Assembly: GCA_963735805.1 (NCBI GenBank)
Contig: CAVTMK010000002.1
Location: 1,056,001-1,120,000 of the forward strand
Reading direction: 5' to 3'
Source: an uncultured Verrucomicrobiae bacterium
GTDB lineage: Bacteria; Verrucomicrobiota; Verrucomicrobiia; Chthoniobacterales; UBA10450
DNA: 64,000 nucleotides
The translations under genes were made by a program, and so were the position numbers. Under the pieces are notes generated by a model that ran no database searches, had not been told where the DNA came from, and saw only the letters and a list, made by a program, of their open reading frames with translations. Of the stretch, positions 1-10,185 are shown piece after piece (position 1 is the first letter of the stretch; every line of letters starts with the position of its first letter).

Positions 1-217
1 CGTGATGCGCGTCAACCCCCGACTTCGCCCAGTTATCTAACTCTTCTTCGACATTCGCCCGCGCCGTTTTCGGCATCAAACCTAACGAATTGCCGGCAAA
101 ATAAATCAGCGGTTTGCCATCTTTTCCCAGCGGAAGATGAAATTTGTCCCGGAAAGCGCGAAGCGGATCCTCGGAATCGAGTTGTTTTGCGAAACTTTCG
201 CCGGTGGAAAACGTCAT
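1..217 (-). CDS. kynU: Kynureninase, N-terminal part (runs off the window)
   Basis: Manual translation from ATG at 217: MTFSTGESFAKQLDSEDPLRAFRDKFHLP...IYFAGNSLGLMPK; the D-P-L-x-x-F-R and GNSLG motifs are typical of kynureninase. Not in the ORF track. Confidence 0.9.
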   Translation of the reverse strand, partial: MTFSTGESFAKQLDSEDPLRAFRDKFHLPLGKDGKPLIYFAGNSLGLMPKTARANVEEELDNWAKSGVDAHH

Positions 218-234
218 TGACATACTGAAGCACG

Positions 235-255
235 CAACGTCCAACGTCCAACTCG
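235..255. repeat. Heptamer tandem repeat (CAACGTC)2-CAACTCG
   Basis: Read directly; related to the repeats at 18602 and 47677. Confidence 0.6.
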
Positions 256-308
256 CCTTCGCAAGGCCACGGTACGTCGGACCGTCGACATTCAACACTC
301 AATCACGA

Positions 309-782
309 TTATCTACTGCGTTTCGGCGCTTGCATAAATTCAATGGTTGTTCCGTCAGGATCGCGAACATATACGACCCGTTTTCCAGCGTTAGGACCGG
401 ATTGAAGCGTTTGCGGTTTACCAGCAGCCTTCCAACCGGATGCATTGATCGCGCAGAGAATCGCGTCGAGATCATCGACAATGAGAGCGACGTGAAGGTG
501 TCCGACGTCACATGGCCTGAGATCAACATGTTGTTTCCGGTCTGATGGGGCACAGTATTCAAGCAGTTCGATCTTGTGACCGCCGGGCGTTTTCACAACC
601 GCGAGTCTAAGCTCGGCACCTTCGACGCCGGTGATTTCACTGGCCATTTTGCCGGTCTGATGGGCAGTATGCGAAAGCTCGAAGCCGAGCACATCGCGCC
701 AGAACGCGAGTGAGCGCTCGAGATTCGAGACGGTAATGCCTGTATGGTCAGCGGAGATGATGCGAAATTTGTTCGTGCTCAT
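309..782 (-). CDS. VOC/glyoxalase family protein
   Basis: HTGITVSNLERSLAFWRDVLGF...HVAL...RDPDGTTIEF; likely start ATG at 782. Confidence 0.88.
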   Translation of the reverse strand: MSTNKFRIISADHTGITVSNLERSLAFWRDVLGFELSHTAHQTGKMASEITGVEGAELRLAVVKTPGGHKIELLEYCAPSDRKQHVDLRPCDVGHLHVALIVDDLDAILCAINASGWKAAGKPQTLQSGPNAGKRVVYVRDPDGTTIEFMQAPKRSR

Positions 783-858
783 TCTAGTGTTCCTACTGAC
801 ATTGAGAAAATTCGACGCGAGGTGCGCCTCGCACGACACGGTGCGTGTGGTTTCCAGA

Positions 859-1284
859 TTACTGCAATGCGGCGATCACTTTAAGTTCGATCGCAATCGG
901 GGTGGGCAATGCGCCAACCTCGATCGTTGTACGCGTCGGATTTGGTTTGCCCTCACCAGAAAAATATTGGGCGTAAAGCTTATTGTAGATCGGGAAATCT
1001 TTTTTCATGTTTGTCAGGAACACGGTCACATCCACAATGTCGTTCCACCTCGCGCCAGCGTCCTCCAACACCAACCGCACATTTTCAAACACCACGCGAC
1101 ATTGCGTTTCGATATCGTAACTGACGACGTGCCCGGCTGAATCGCGCGTTACACCGGGGATTTCCTTGCTGGCACGTTTGCGTGGACCGATCCCAGACAG
1201 AAACAACAGGTTGCCGACGCGTTTTGCATGGGGGAAGGCGCCCACCGGTTCCGGGGCGCGTGTACTTTCAAATATTTCGCTCAT
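859..1284 (-). CDS. RidA family protein, probable 2-aminomuconate deaminase
   Basis: APEPVGAFPHAKRVGNLLFLSG...PTRTTIEVGALPTPIAIELK; kynurenine-pathway context. Confidence 0.85.
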   Translation of the reverse strand: MSEIFESTRAPEPVGAFPHAKRVGNLLFLSGIGPRKRASKEIPGVTRDSAGHVVSYDIETQCRVVFENVRLVLEDAGARWNDIVDVTVFLTNMKKDFPIYNKLYAQYFSGEGKPNPTRTTIEVGALPTPIAIELKVIAALQ

Positions 1285-1350
1285 TTATTGGAACCGCAGA
1301 TTATACGGATAAACCGTTCGGATCACGAGACGAGATGACGCGGCCGTTTC

Positions 1351-1653
1351 TCAATTATGATTATGATCAGTCTCGATGGCTTGCGCATAACCGAAGCGTT
1401 TCGCCGATCGCGCGCGTGCTTTCGTTGCTTCGACTAAACGATCGCGTGGCGGCAGGGTGGTCACAAGAGAGTCGAGCAAATGTTGCGCTGCGTGAGCAAC
1501 ATCATCGACAGCACGATCGAAAGCTGCCTCGTTGGCCTTGGAAGGTCTCGTGAAACCGCTCAGCTTCCGGACGAACTGAAGCGACGAAGCGCGAATTTCA
1601 TCCGCACTGGCCGGTGGACTGAAGTTATGAAGGGTCTTGATGGCTCGGCACAT
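1351..1653 (-). CDS. DUF2277-like protein
   Basis: MCRAIKTLHNFSPPA...LQFVRKLSGFTRPSKANEAAF signature. Confidence 0.75.
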   Translation of the reverse strand: MCRAIKTLHNFSPPASADEIRASSLQFVRKLSGFTRPSKANEAAFDRAVDDVAHAAQHLLDSLVTTLPPRDRLVEATKARARSAKRFGYAQAIETDHNHN

Positions 1654-1781
1654 GTCGGAATAATCAACAATTTTCGATTAACGATCAACTACTTCGGGTC
1701 TCGCGGTCGGGCGTTGCCTTCCGCGACGGTGGCAGGTCCGGGCGCCCGTGCCACTCAGGATCGATTCTCATCGAGAATAAC

Positions 1782-3239
1782 CTATTTCGCGATGCAGACG
1801 TTTTTGGGCTCGGTAAAGAAACGCAACGCTTCTTCGCCTCCTTCACGGCCGACGCCGCTTTGTTTCATTCCGCCAAAGGGTACGCGCAGGTCGCGTAAAA
1901 GCCAGCAATTCACCCAGACCGTGCCGGTGTTGATTCGCTCTGCAACCCGATGAGCCCGGCTAAGGTTTTGGGTCCAGACGCTCGAAGCCAGGCCATAGTC
2001 GCAATCGTTTGCATGTCCGATCACCTCCTCTTCATTATCGAACGGCGTGATCGTGACGACCGGACCGAAGATTTCTTCGCGATTTGTTCGGCATGAGACC
2101 GGCAAGCCAGTGATGACTGTCGGCTGGAAAAAATAGCCATCACGGCAACGCTCGTTCATCGACTCTGGCGTTTTACCCCCAAGCGCGATCTTGCCGCCTT
2201 CTTTCTGGGCCAAATCGACGTAGAACCTAATTTTCTCGAGTTGTGCCTTGCTTGCGATCGCGCCTTGGTCGGTTTTCTCGTCCAGTGGATCGCCCATTCT
2301 CAGTTCCGCCGCTTTCTCAATGAAGCGATCGATGAAATCCTTGTAAGCGGAACGCTCGACGAAAACACGCGATCCGCACAGGCAAACCTGCCCCTGGTTT
2401 GCGAATGAAGAACGCACGCTGCCAGTTATGGCAGCGTCGAGATCGGCATCGGCAAAAATGATGTTCGGGTTCTTGCCACCGAGTTCCAGCGACACCTTCT
2501 TGAATAATGGCGCGCAAGCTTCTGCCACTTTACGGCCCGTCACTGTGCCGCCGGTGAATGAGATTGTGTTGATCTTCGGATGCGCGGAGATCGCAGCACC
2601 GACATTTGGTCCGGTACCATGCACGATGTTGAGGACGCCACTCGGCAATCCGGCTTCGCGTGCGATCTCGCAAAGCATGTAAGCCGTCATTGGTGTGAGC
2701 TCGCTTGGCTTTGCAATGGCTGTGTTACCGACGGCGATGGCCGGAGCGATTTTCCAGCTCAACAAATAAAGCGGGAGGTTCCACGGCGATATTAATCCGG
2801 CGATGCCACGCGGTTGTCGCAGTGTGTAGTTGAACGCGACGTTGTCCGTAATGTGCGCTTCGGATTCCGTGTGCAGGATCGCCGTCGCAAAAAAGCGAAA
2901 ATTGCTTGCAGCACGCGGAATATCGAGGGTGCGCGCGAGCGAGAGCGGCTTGCCCGTGTCGATCGATTCGGCGCGCGAGAGTTTCTCGAGGTCGCGTTCA
3001 ATCAGGTCCGCGATACGGAGGAGAAATTTCGATCGCTCCGGAGCGGATTTTTTAGACCAAGCAACAAACGCCTTCTCCGCGGCAGCGACGGCGGCTTCTA
3101 CATCGCGGCTATCGCTGTCCGCGACTTGCGAATACGGTTTGCCGGTCGCCGGCTCGATGTTGTCGAGGTATTTTCCGCCGATTGGCTCAACGAACTGGCC
3201 GTCGATAAAGTTTTGGATCTGCGATGATTCAGTTCGCAC
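1782..3239 (-). CDS. Aldehyde dehydrogenase, 2-aminomuconate/2-hydroxymuconate semialdehyde dehydrogenase type
   Basis: PWNLP, FTGGT, LELGGKNP, GQVCLCGSR and EEIFGPV motifs; context next to kynU and RidA. Confidence 0.88.
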   Translation of the reverse strand: MRTESSQIQNFIDGQFVEPIGGKYLDNIEPATGKPYSQVADSDSRDVEAAVAAAEKAFVAWSKKSAPERSKFLLRIADLIERDLEKLSRAESIDTGKPLSLARTLDIPRAASNFRFFATAILHTESEAHITDNVAFNYTLRQPRGIAGLISPWNLPLYLLSWKIAPAIAVGNTAIAKPSELTPMTAYMLCEIAREAGLPSGVLNIVHGTGPNVGAAISAHPKINTISFTGGTVTGRKVAEACAPLFKKVSLELGGKNPNIIFADADLDAAITGSVRSSFANQGQVCLCGSRVFVERSAYKDFIDRFIEKAAELRMGDPLDEKTDQGAIASKAQLEKIRFYVDLAQKEGGKIALGGKTPESMNERCRDGYFFQPTVITGLPVSCRTNREEIFGPVVTITPFDNEEEVIGHANDCDYGLASSVWTQNLSRAHRVAERINTGTVWVNCWLLRDLRVPFGGMKQSGVGREGGEEALRFFTEPKNVCIAK

Positions 3240-3420
3240 GCAAGAGTTTAAATGCTCAACCCGCCTTCGCCAACCAGCCTTTACTACGCAGTTGCGCGGC
3301 TATTGCGTGTAGGCAGGCTCGCCTCCATTGCTGGTGATGACCATTAGTGAGCGGCCTTCTTTATATGTACAGCCCAGCGAACGGCCGCCCAGTGAGTGAG
3401 GCAGCAACGTTACACCCCTG

Positions 3421-3720
3421 TCATGATTCTTGCTGACGACCGGTGTGAGTTTCTCGGCCCCTGCGAATTGACGCGCCATTACTGAGTTTGTTACCGGGCA
3501 AATTTGGGCCAATACTCAGTGGGAAAGTAGGCGTCTGTTTCTTTTGCTCAACGTATTCGCAAAATGCCTTGAGGCATTCGTTTGCAATCTTGGGCAACGC
3601 AACGCCATAGACTTGATCGATTCCATCGATCCTGATCTTTAATTCTTTTGGAATTCGAATCGTCAGGCGGGCATCCTTCTTCGTTTCGGCGAGTTTTTGG
3701 AGGGGCACAATCTTCTTCAT
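3421..3720 (-). CDS. Small ribbon-helix-helix-like DNA-binding protein
   Basis: KDARLTIRIPKELKIRID...ANECLKAFCE resembles an RHH fold; divergent from the 3930 gene. Confidence 0.55.
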   Translation of the reverse strand: MKKIVPLQKLAETKKDARLTIRIPKELKIRIDGIDQVYGVALPKIANECLKAFCEYVEQKKQTPTFPLSIGPNLPGNKLSNGASIRRGRETHTGRQQES

Positions 3721-3852
3721 ACTAATATCTACGGAAACTCGGGGTCAAAGTTGCGTCATTTTTTGCAGAAATTGAAAAAATTTCCCGAAAACCCAGACGC
3801 GCCCATCTCGCCCTGATTCGGGATTAAAGCAAAAAAACACGATTAACCGCCG

Positions 3853-3890
3853 TTGACAATGTTGTCGGCATATGCGGACATAGGCGTCAA
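3853..3890 (+). promoter_or_regulatory. TTGACA hexamer within a palindromic operator-like site
   Basis: TTGAC-aatgt-TGTCGGCATATGCGGACA-taggc-GTCAA; the inner 18-mer matches its reverse complement at 16/18 positions. Confidence 0.45.
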
Positions 3891-3929
3891 TCGAAGCATA
3901 TTCTAACGAATTCGAGCGCTGCGAGAAAC

Positions 3930-6083
3930 ATGTGTAAATTTCAGACTCTCGGCAAAACCGCCATCGTTATTCTGATCTGGAGCAGCTTTCCCGCACTTGC
4001 AACGGTTTATAATTCCGATGGCTCATCGACAAATGTACAGTACGTTCACGACAACCTAGCCGGGATCGGCGACACGATTGCTATTCCGGCTGGAACGTTC
4101 ACATGGACGACCGGAGTGGCGATCACGAAAACGATCACTTTACAGGGCGCCGGCATCGGCCAGACATTCATCAGGGATGGTGTACAGGGTAATCGGCTGA
4201 TTCAAGTTACGCTCTCTGCTGGCGGTCTTACTCGGCTTACTGGAGTCGAATTTCTAGACGGCGGAAGAACGTCAACAACAGGCGGTCACGGCGGAATTAT
4301 TCACGTTGACGGAAACAACACCAACGGCAGCCAGTTCCGGATGGATAATTGTAAGACGACCGACCTCAATGGGTATCTGGTCTTTGATACTGTCATTGGC
4401 GTTCTTGATCACAACTACCTCAAATGCGGTGCTCTAAACAAAGCAAATGGTTCGCTCATCATTTACGGATCAAACTGGAATGGCGCGACAGTTGGCGACG
4501 GCAGCTGGGCTGCTCCCGCGAACTACGGTTTATCCCAGTTTTTGTTTGTAGAGGACAACACGTTTGAAGGGAATCATACCGGAGTCGGAGGCGTGACTGA
4601 TGCGTATGCTGGTGCGCGATTTGTAATTCGTTACAACCGCATGATTGGAATGATAACGTTCAATCACGGAACCGAATCGACTGGACGCGAGCGCGGGTGC
4701 AGGGCGATGGATATTTACTCGAACGACATCGACGGGCTTGGCATCAATCGTTTCGCCGCCTCAACTCGGAGCGGAGGAACCCTGTTTCACGACAACACGC
4801 TCCACAACTTTTGGGGAACTTCCGTCACGATCAACGGTTCGTGCTATCGGATGATAGATACATTTTCTGTGTGGGGAGGCGCGGATGGAACAAACGGATG
4901 GGATAAAAATAACCTAGGCAGTCCATTCTTCTCTGGCTCCGCGAGCGCAGTCGGAAATCATACCGTAACGGTATCGGGCAATCCGTGGACAACGAATCAT
5001 TGGTCGGGATACACCGTCAAGAAAACTTCAGGGACGATGGGAACGGTTAATTTTGCCTATATCAACAGCAACACGAGCAACACCATCACGTTCGCCGGCG
5101 GATTATTTAACAACGTCACCTTTCAGGTTGGGGACGGTTTCGCAATCAATAAAGTCGATCAAGCGTTGGATCAGCCAGGTGTAGGACAGAGCACTTTAAT
5201 TTCTGGACAGAACCCAACGCCACCGCCGAACTGGTCGCAAGCTATCGAGCCGATCTATCTTTGGGGCAACACCGAGGACGGTCAGCCGATAATTCAGGCA
5301 AACACGTTCACACCGGATGAAAAGAACATTCAACAGAGCGTCAATTACTTTGACAATACGCCAATGCCTGGATACACGCCTTACACTTATCCGCATCCGC
5401 TGACGTTAGCCGCAAGTCCAACTCCTACACCTACGCTAACACCTAGCCCAACCGTCACCCCTACGATCACGCCAAGCCCAAGCCCGACAGCAAGTGCAAC
5501 GCCCTCAGCAACGGCTACAGCCACAGCAACGGCAACCGAAACCCCGACAGTAACGCCTACAATTCCACCTCCTCCGACAGTCACTCCTTCGGCGACGGCA
5601 ACGGCAACTCCGACAGAAACACCTACTTCAACTCCAACAGCCACAGCTATTTCATCGCCTACTCCTACACCAACACCCGCACCAACCGCGTCAGCCACAC
5701 CCACGGCGACAGCGACAAATACGCCAACTGCCACCCCGACACCAGCGCCGACAGCAACAGAAACGCCCACGGCAACGCCAACGGCGATTCCAACAGCAAC
5801 ACCGACTGTGACTCCCACCGGCACGCCTACCCCAACGCCGGGCCAGATCACACTCAGCGCCCGTGGCTACAAAGTGCAGGGGCTACAAACGGTGGACCTC
5901 TCATGGGCCGGGGCGATTTCAAGCAGCATTGATGTCTACCGTAACGGCGTGTTGAGCGTAACTGTCCCTAACAACGGTTTCTATACGGATCATCCCAATG
6001 GCCGTGGCCATGCCACCTATATCTACAAAGTATGCGAAACGGGCGCAGGTAACTGCTCTAATCAAGTTACTGTGAATTTTTGA
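3930..6083 (+). CDS. Secreted beta-helix-like protein with Pro/Thr linker and C-terminal FN3-like module
   Basis: Signal peptide (...FPALA), Gly/Asn/Thr-rich body, long PT-rich linker, C-terminal [12 protein letters not shown]...YKVCE...CSNQVTVNF. Confidence 0.7.
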   Translation: MCKFQTLGKTAIVILIWSSFPALATVYNSDGSSTNVQYVHDNLAGIGDTIAIPAGTFTWTTGVAITKTITLQGAGIGQTFIRDGVQGNRLIQVTLSAGGLTRLTGVEFLDGGRTSTTGGHGGIIHVDGNNTNGSQFRMDNCKTTDLNGYLVFDTVIGVLDHNYLKCGALNKANGSLIIYGSNWNGATVGDGSWAAPANYGLSQFLFVEDNTFEGNHTGVGGVTDAYAGARFVIRYNRMIGMITFNHGTESTGRERGCRAMDIYSNDIDGLGINRFAASTRSGGTLFHDNTLHNFWGTSVTINGSCYRMIDTFSVWGGADGTNGWDKNNLGSPFFSGSASAVGNHTVTVSGNPWTTNHWSGYTVKKTSGTMGTVNFAYINSNTSNTITFAGGLFNNVTFQVGDGFAINKVDQALDQPGVGQSTLISGQNPTPPPNWSQAIEPIYLWGNTEDGQPIIQANTFTPDEKNIQQSVNYFDNTPMPGYTPYTYPHPLTLAASPTPTPTLTPSPTVTPTITPSPSPTASATPSATATATATATETPTVTPTIPPPPTVTPSATATATPTETPTSTPTATAISSPTPTPTPAPTASATPTATATNTPTATPTPAPTATETPTATPTAIPTATPTVTPTGTPTPTPGQITLSARGYKVQGLQTVDLSWAGAISSSIDVYRNGVLSVTVPNNGFYTDHPNGRGHATYIYKVCETGAGNCSNQVTVNF
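5416..5840 (+). repeat. Low-complexity (TP/TA)n coding linker
   Basis: Hexamer-periodic ACN-CCN/GCN codons inside the 3930 CDS. Confidence 0.9.
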
Positions 6084-6173
6084 AATTATTCGGCTCCCAC
6101 CGTGATTGAGAATCAAGGTACCTCGAGCGGGGAGGCCCAGCACCCATCGGGACGGGCATGTCCTTTGCCGCAC

Positions 6174-6300
6174 TTCAGCAAAGCCGGCTGGAGTTGGGGC
6201 TGTTTCAGCCGTGGGTCGTGATGGGAGAACAATCTGGATTGTTGATGCACATAGCGACGACGGAAAGCGTTTCGTAGCGCGTGCGGAGGAAAAGCTGGCA
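6174..6300 (+). pseudogene. Frameshifted remnant of a small hypothetical protein (SKAGWSWGC / VSAVGRDGRTIWIVDAHSDDGKRFVARAEEKL)
   Basis: Two frames join into one motif; recalled, unverified, as a multicopy Verrucomicrobia family. Confidence 0.5.
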
Positions 6301-6398
6301 ATACACTGTCAGACAATGCCAAAAACATTGAAAATCAGTGAACTTATTATGCGTAAATGCTATGCTTTTGGAGTTCAGTGTCCCATTTGCTGGGTCAC

Positions 6399-6486
6399 CG
6401 GTGAGGGAGGGATTCGAACCCTCGGTAGCCTTTTGGGCTACGGCGCTTTAGCAAAGCGCTGCTTTCGACCGCTCAGCCACCTCACC
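6399..6486 (-). tRNA. tRNA-Ser(GCT)
   Basis: Reverse complement GGTGAGGTGGCTGAGCGGTCGAAAGCA-GCGCT-TTGCTAA-AGCGC, long variable arm, GGTTCGAATCC; CCA not encoded. Confidence 0.95.
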
Positions 6487-6620
6487 AAAAACAGAGCGAG
6501 AATATCGCAGCCAATTTTGGATTTCCAATTCGTAATTTACATAGCCGCACCCGGTTTCGTCGTCTCCTGGCAATCCCATCGGAGTTGCCAATGAACGATT
6601 GCTCATTGAAATGATTGTGC

Positions 6621-7796
6621 ATGATCAGCGAAGAAGAAGCGCGCCGTCAAGTTTTGCAGGGCATCGACTCGTTAGGGGGACGAACCGTTCCACTTTCCAG
6701 TGCGCTGGATTGTTTCAGCGCGGGAGAGGTTGTGGCGCGATTGCCCCTGCCGATGTTCGATAATTCGGCCATGGATGGCTACGCCGTGGTGGCGAGCTCA
6801 TCCGGAAAAGGCGCGCGATTGCGCGTGATCGGCGAGCAAGCGGCCGGGATCGATCGGCAGCTCAGGATTTCGCGCGGCGAAGCGGCGCGGATTTTTACAG
6901 GCGCGCCGATTCCTGCTGGCGCGGACGCGGTTGTGATGCAGGAAGACACGACGCGCAAGAGCGACGATATCGTCGTGAATGTGGACATCGATTCTGGCGA
7001 ATTCATCCGCAAACGCGGCAGCGATTTAGCAGAAGGTCAGAAGATTCTGGCGCGCGGCGAACGGATTCGTCCAACGACGATTGCCCTGCTGGCGTCGCAG
7101 GGTTTTACCGAAGTAACAATCGGTGGCGAAGTGAACGCAGCGATCGTTTCTACCGGCGACGAGGTCGTAATGCCAGGAAATGAGCTCGATCGAGGACAAA
7201 TCTATGACAGCAATTCGACATTGCTGCGGGCATTGCTGCAACGCTGCGGTGCATCCGTGACTTTAGTCGAACATTGCCCCGACCAACGCGAACCCTTGCT
7301 CGAAGCGATCCAGCGCGGAATCAAAAGTCACGTTCTTGTTATTACTGGAGGTGTTTCAGTCGGTGAACACGACGTGGTCCAGGCCACACTACGCTCCCTC
7401 GGAGCCAAGATCGAAATCTGGCGAGTAGCGATTAAACCCGGAAAACCATTTCTCTTCGGTCAAGCTAACCGGTGCGCCGTATTCGGGTTGCCCGGAAATC
7501 CGGTGTCGGCATTTGTAACTTTCTTGCAGTTTGTGCGCCCGGCAATTTTGAAAATGATGGGCGCTCACGATCTCAATCTGCCGAAAGTGCCGGCGAAAGT
7601 AGCTGTCGATCTTGCGAACGAAGGCGATCGCCCGCATTACATTCGCGGCAGGATCGAGGACGGAAAATTCTCACCGATCGGACGCCAGGAATCGCATGCG
7701 CTGTTTGGGCTGAGCCAGTCGAATGGGCTGCTGCGCGTTGATGCGGGCGAGTCGTTAAGAGCAGGAGAAATTGTCGATGTCCAAATCTGGTATTAG
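6621..7796 (+). CDS. moeA: Molybdopterin molybdotransferase
   Basis: FDNSAMDGYA, IFTGAPIP, STGDE, TGGVSVG, IKPGKP, GLPGNPVS motifs. Confidence 0.95.
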   Translation: MISEEEARRQVLQGIDSLGGRTVPLSSALDCFSAGEVVARLPLPMFDNSAMDGYAVVASSSGKGARLRVIGEQAAGIDRQLRISRGEAARIFTGAPIPAGADAVVMQEDTTRKSDDIVVNVDIDSGEFIRKRGSDLAEGQKILARGERIRPTTIALLASQGFTEVTIGGEVNAAIVSTGDEVVMPGNELDRGQIYDSNSTLLRALLQRCGASVTLVEHCPDQREPLLEAIQRGIKSHVLVITGGVSVGEHDVVQATLRSLGAKIEIWRVAIKPGKPFLFGQANRCAVFGLPGNPVSAFVTFLQFVRPAILKMMGAHDLNLPKVPAKVAVDLANEGDRPHYIRGRIEDGKFSPIGRQESHALFGLSQSNGLLRVDAGESLRAGEIVDVQIWY

Positions 7797-7819
7797 CCAA
7801 TCTCCTGGATGGAGTGGGA

Positions 7820-7848
7820 TTGACAGGGCATGTGGGCATTTTTAGCTT
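7820..7848 (+). promoter_or_regulatory. Putative sigma70 promoter
   Basis: TTGACA-17 nt-TAGCTT upstream of GGGAG and the TTG start at 7871. Confidence 0.5.
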
Positions 7849-7870
7849 AATTGCCTTGAATACGGGAGCC

Positions 7871-8332
7871 TTGACCGCGTTTGCACGAAGTCCGACCGAC
7901 CAAATTCGTGCGGATGCGGAACGGCTTTCCCATATCGTTCTGGAGATGCAGCGCCGTTTCTTGCTGCGTCTTTGTAAGGAACTTGCACCCGGAAATGTTT
8001 CCTTTGTGCAGTTTTTCCTTCTCGCGTTCCTCGATCAAAAAGAGGTCCTTACCATGTCAGCGATTGCGAAGAAAATGGGGCACACCACGGCCGCGGCGAG
8101 CGGTTTGGTGGCGCGTCTTGAGAACCTTGACTACCTGGTGCGCTCCGTCGCGCGAGATGATCGCCGCAAAGTAATGGTTTGTATTACGCCGAAGGGTTCG
8201 GCGCTTGTCCGGCGGATTCGCGAGGAAATGGTTGGCAATCTGATGAAAGTTTTGGAACACCTCACCCCCGACGAACAAAAGGCGTGGTTGCAGATTTACA
8301 CTAAAATTTATGATTACTGCCAATCAAAATGA
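7871..8332 (+). CDS. MarR family regulator
   Basis: Winged HTH with DDRRKVMVCITPKG. Confidence 0.9.
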   Translation: MTAFARSPTDQIRADAERLSHIVLEMQRRFLLRLCKELAPGNVSFVQFFLLAFLDQKEVLTMSAIAKKMGHTTAAASGLVARLENLDYLVRSVARDDRRKVMVCITPKGSALVRRIREEMVGNLMKVLEHLTPDEQKAWLQIYTKIYDYCQSK

Positions 8333-8438
8333 GTTTCATCCATTGGCCGGTGATGTTATCAGTCCACGGTAAAAAGCGCGCAATTTGAATCTGTGCGCTT
8401 ACGATTACGCGTCTAATCTCTCGGGCTAAACCTTCTTT

Positions 8439-10094
8439 ATGCGAAAATATTTTGTAATCTGCGGGTTCGCCGCTTCGATGATTGCTGCCAACTGGGTGGC
8501 GCGCGCCGGCACAGGCGAAGGATCGACATCGACGGGCGGTGCATCTTCTTCGGGCAAAGTTCCCACGTTTACGCTCGATCAAGCGATCCTGACGGCACTG
8601 CAGCGCAATCCAACTCTTCTCAACGCGGAACAGGAGATCAAACGGACCAAAGGCGTGATCATCCAGGTGCGTGCGCAGGTGCTGCCACAGATTAATGTAA
8701 ATACGTCGTATGATTGGACTGATCCGAACCTTGTTAACGCTCGAACCCTAAACACGAGTACGACGGGGACGGTACCAACGGGCACGACCACGACAGGGAC
8801 GGGCGCATCCGGCTCTCTCGTTAACTCGCCGCAGTCGCAGGTTGGGGACGCCCGGACCTTCGCCGCGGCCGCGCCCGCGGCGACACCAGGGGTTAGAAAC
8901 ACCGAACTCAGCGACGTATCGTACAGCATTTCCGTCATCGGAACGCAGCTGATTTTTAATGGCACCAGTTTCAATCAGATCAGGGGGACCTTCTTTCAGC
9001 GGGACAGCGCATACTTCGCCTTCCGCAATGTTCTGGACTCACTTCTCGCGACCGTGAAAACGCAGTTCTACCAGGTCGTGGTCAATCGAGAGCTCATCAA
9101 AGTGCAGGAGCAATCGGTGCACTTGTTGGAGAGTCAGTTGAAGGATCAGCAAAACCGCTTCGAAGCGGGAACCGTTCCGCGCTTCAACGTGTTGCAAGCT
9201 GAGGTGGCACTCTACAATCAGATTCCACAATTGATCACTGCGCAAAATAATTATCGTATCTCGAAGATCACTCTGGCTAAGACGCTAGGCCTCGATTTCC
9301 AGGCGAGGCGCGGTGAAAATCCACCGCTCGAAGTGATAGGCGAAATGCCATACAACCCGCGAACGATATCGCTGGTCGACGCCATCGAGCTCGGAAAAGA
9401 GCGGCGCCCTTTTCTTAAACAGGCGCGGGCAAACGTCTTGAATCAAGTCCAGCAGGTGCGGGCGACGGCCGGCCAGTACCTGCCAACTATTACCGCGAGC
9501 GGGGGCGGAGAATGGGTCAGCTCGCCGATCAATTCCAGCTGGCATGATATTTCCAAAGGTTGGATCGCCGGGGTGCAGGGCAGCATGCCGATCTGGGACA
9601 GCGGCGCGATCGCTGGCCAGGTCATTCAACAGCGTGCCCTCCTTTCGGAAACCAAGATCACTTACGATGACGACGTCAGGCAGGTTGAGCTGGAAGTGCA
9701 GACCGCGTATTCAAATTTGCAGCAAAATCGCGAGTTGATTGTAAGTCAGGAGAAAAACGTGGAGCAAGCCGAGGAAGCGCTTCGGCTGGCCAAAGCACGC
9801 CTGGACGCAGGCGCGGGAGTTCAATTGGATGTGTTGAATGCCCAGGTACAACTGCTCACGGCGCAATCGACCCGTTTGCAGGCCCTGTTTGGATACAACT
9901 CCTCACTGGCTGAATTTGATCGCGCCACAGGCGCACAGAGCACTTACCAGGAGATGTTCGCTGACTTGGCGCCGCGCGCCACGAAAACGAAGACCTATTT
10001 TACTGGCAGCGGTGTGGATGCGGAGGGGAAACCAAAACACCGCGACGATAGCGTGCTGCGAACTCAAGCTGGAAGATCCCGAACTTCCAAATAA
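8439..10094 (+). CDS. TolC family outer membrane protein
   Basis: Signal peptide, TLDQAILTALQRNP, two OEP repeats (RFEAGTVPRFNVLQA; RLDAGAGVQLDVLNA). Confidence 0.9.
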   Translation: MRKYFVICGFAASMIAANWVARAGTGEGSTSTGGASSSGKVPTFTLDQAILTALQRNPTLLNAEQEIKRTKGVIIQVRAQVLPQINVNTSYDWTDPNLVNARTLNTSTTGTVPTGTTTTGTGASGSLVNSPQSQVGDARTFAAAAPAATPGVRNTELSDVSYSISVIGTQLIFNGTSFNQIRGTFFQRDSAYFAFRNVLDSLLATVKTQFYQVVVNRELIKVQEQSVHLLESQLKDQQNRFEAGTVPRFNVLQAEVALYNQIPQLITAQNNYRISKITLAKTLGLDFQARRGENPPLEVIGEMPYNPRTISLVDAIELGKERRPFLKQARANVLNQVQQVRATAGQYLPTITASGGGEWVSSPINSSWHDISKGWIAGVQGSMPIWDSGAIAGQVIQQRALLSETKITYDDDVRQVELEVQTAYSNLQQNRELIVSQEKNVEQAEEALRLAKARLDAGAGVQLDVLNAQVQLLTAQSTRLQALFGYNSSLAEFDRATGAQSTYQEMFADLAPRATKTKTYFTGSGVDAEGKPKHRDDSVLRTQAGRSRTSK

Positions 10095-10185
10095 GCTCGA
10101 ATCCGAAATTCCAAGGCACACACGTTTCGGGTTAATGATTAACCCCTTTTGGGCTTTGGACTCTGAAACTGGAGTTTCAATTTAA

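Noticed and set aside
5387..5851. 154-aa Val/Gly/Ala ORF on the minus strand
   Set aside because: Antisense shadow of the Pro/Thr linker.
6106..6594. 162-aa ORF
   Set aside because: Runs antisense through tRNA-Ser; a chimera of a pseudogene fragment and non-coding DNA.
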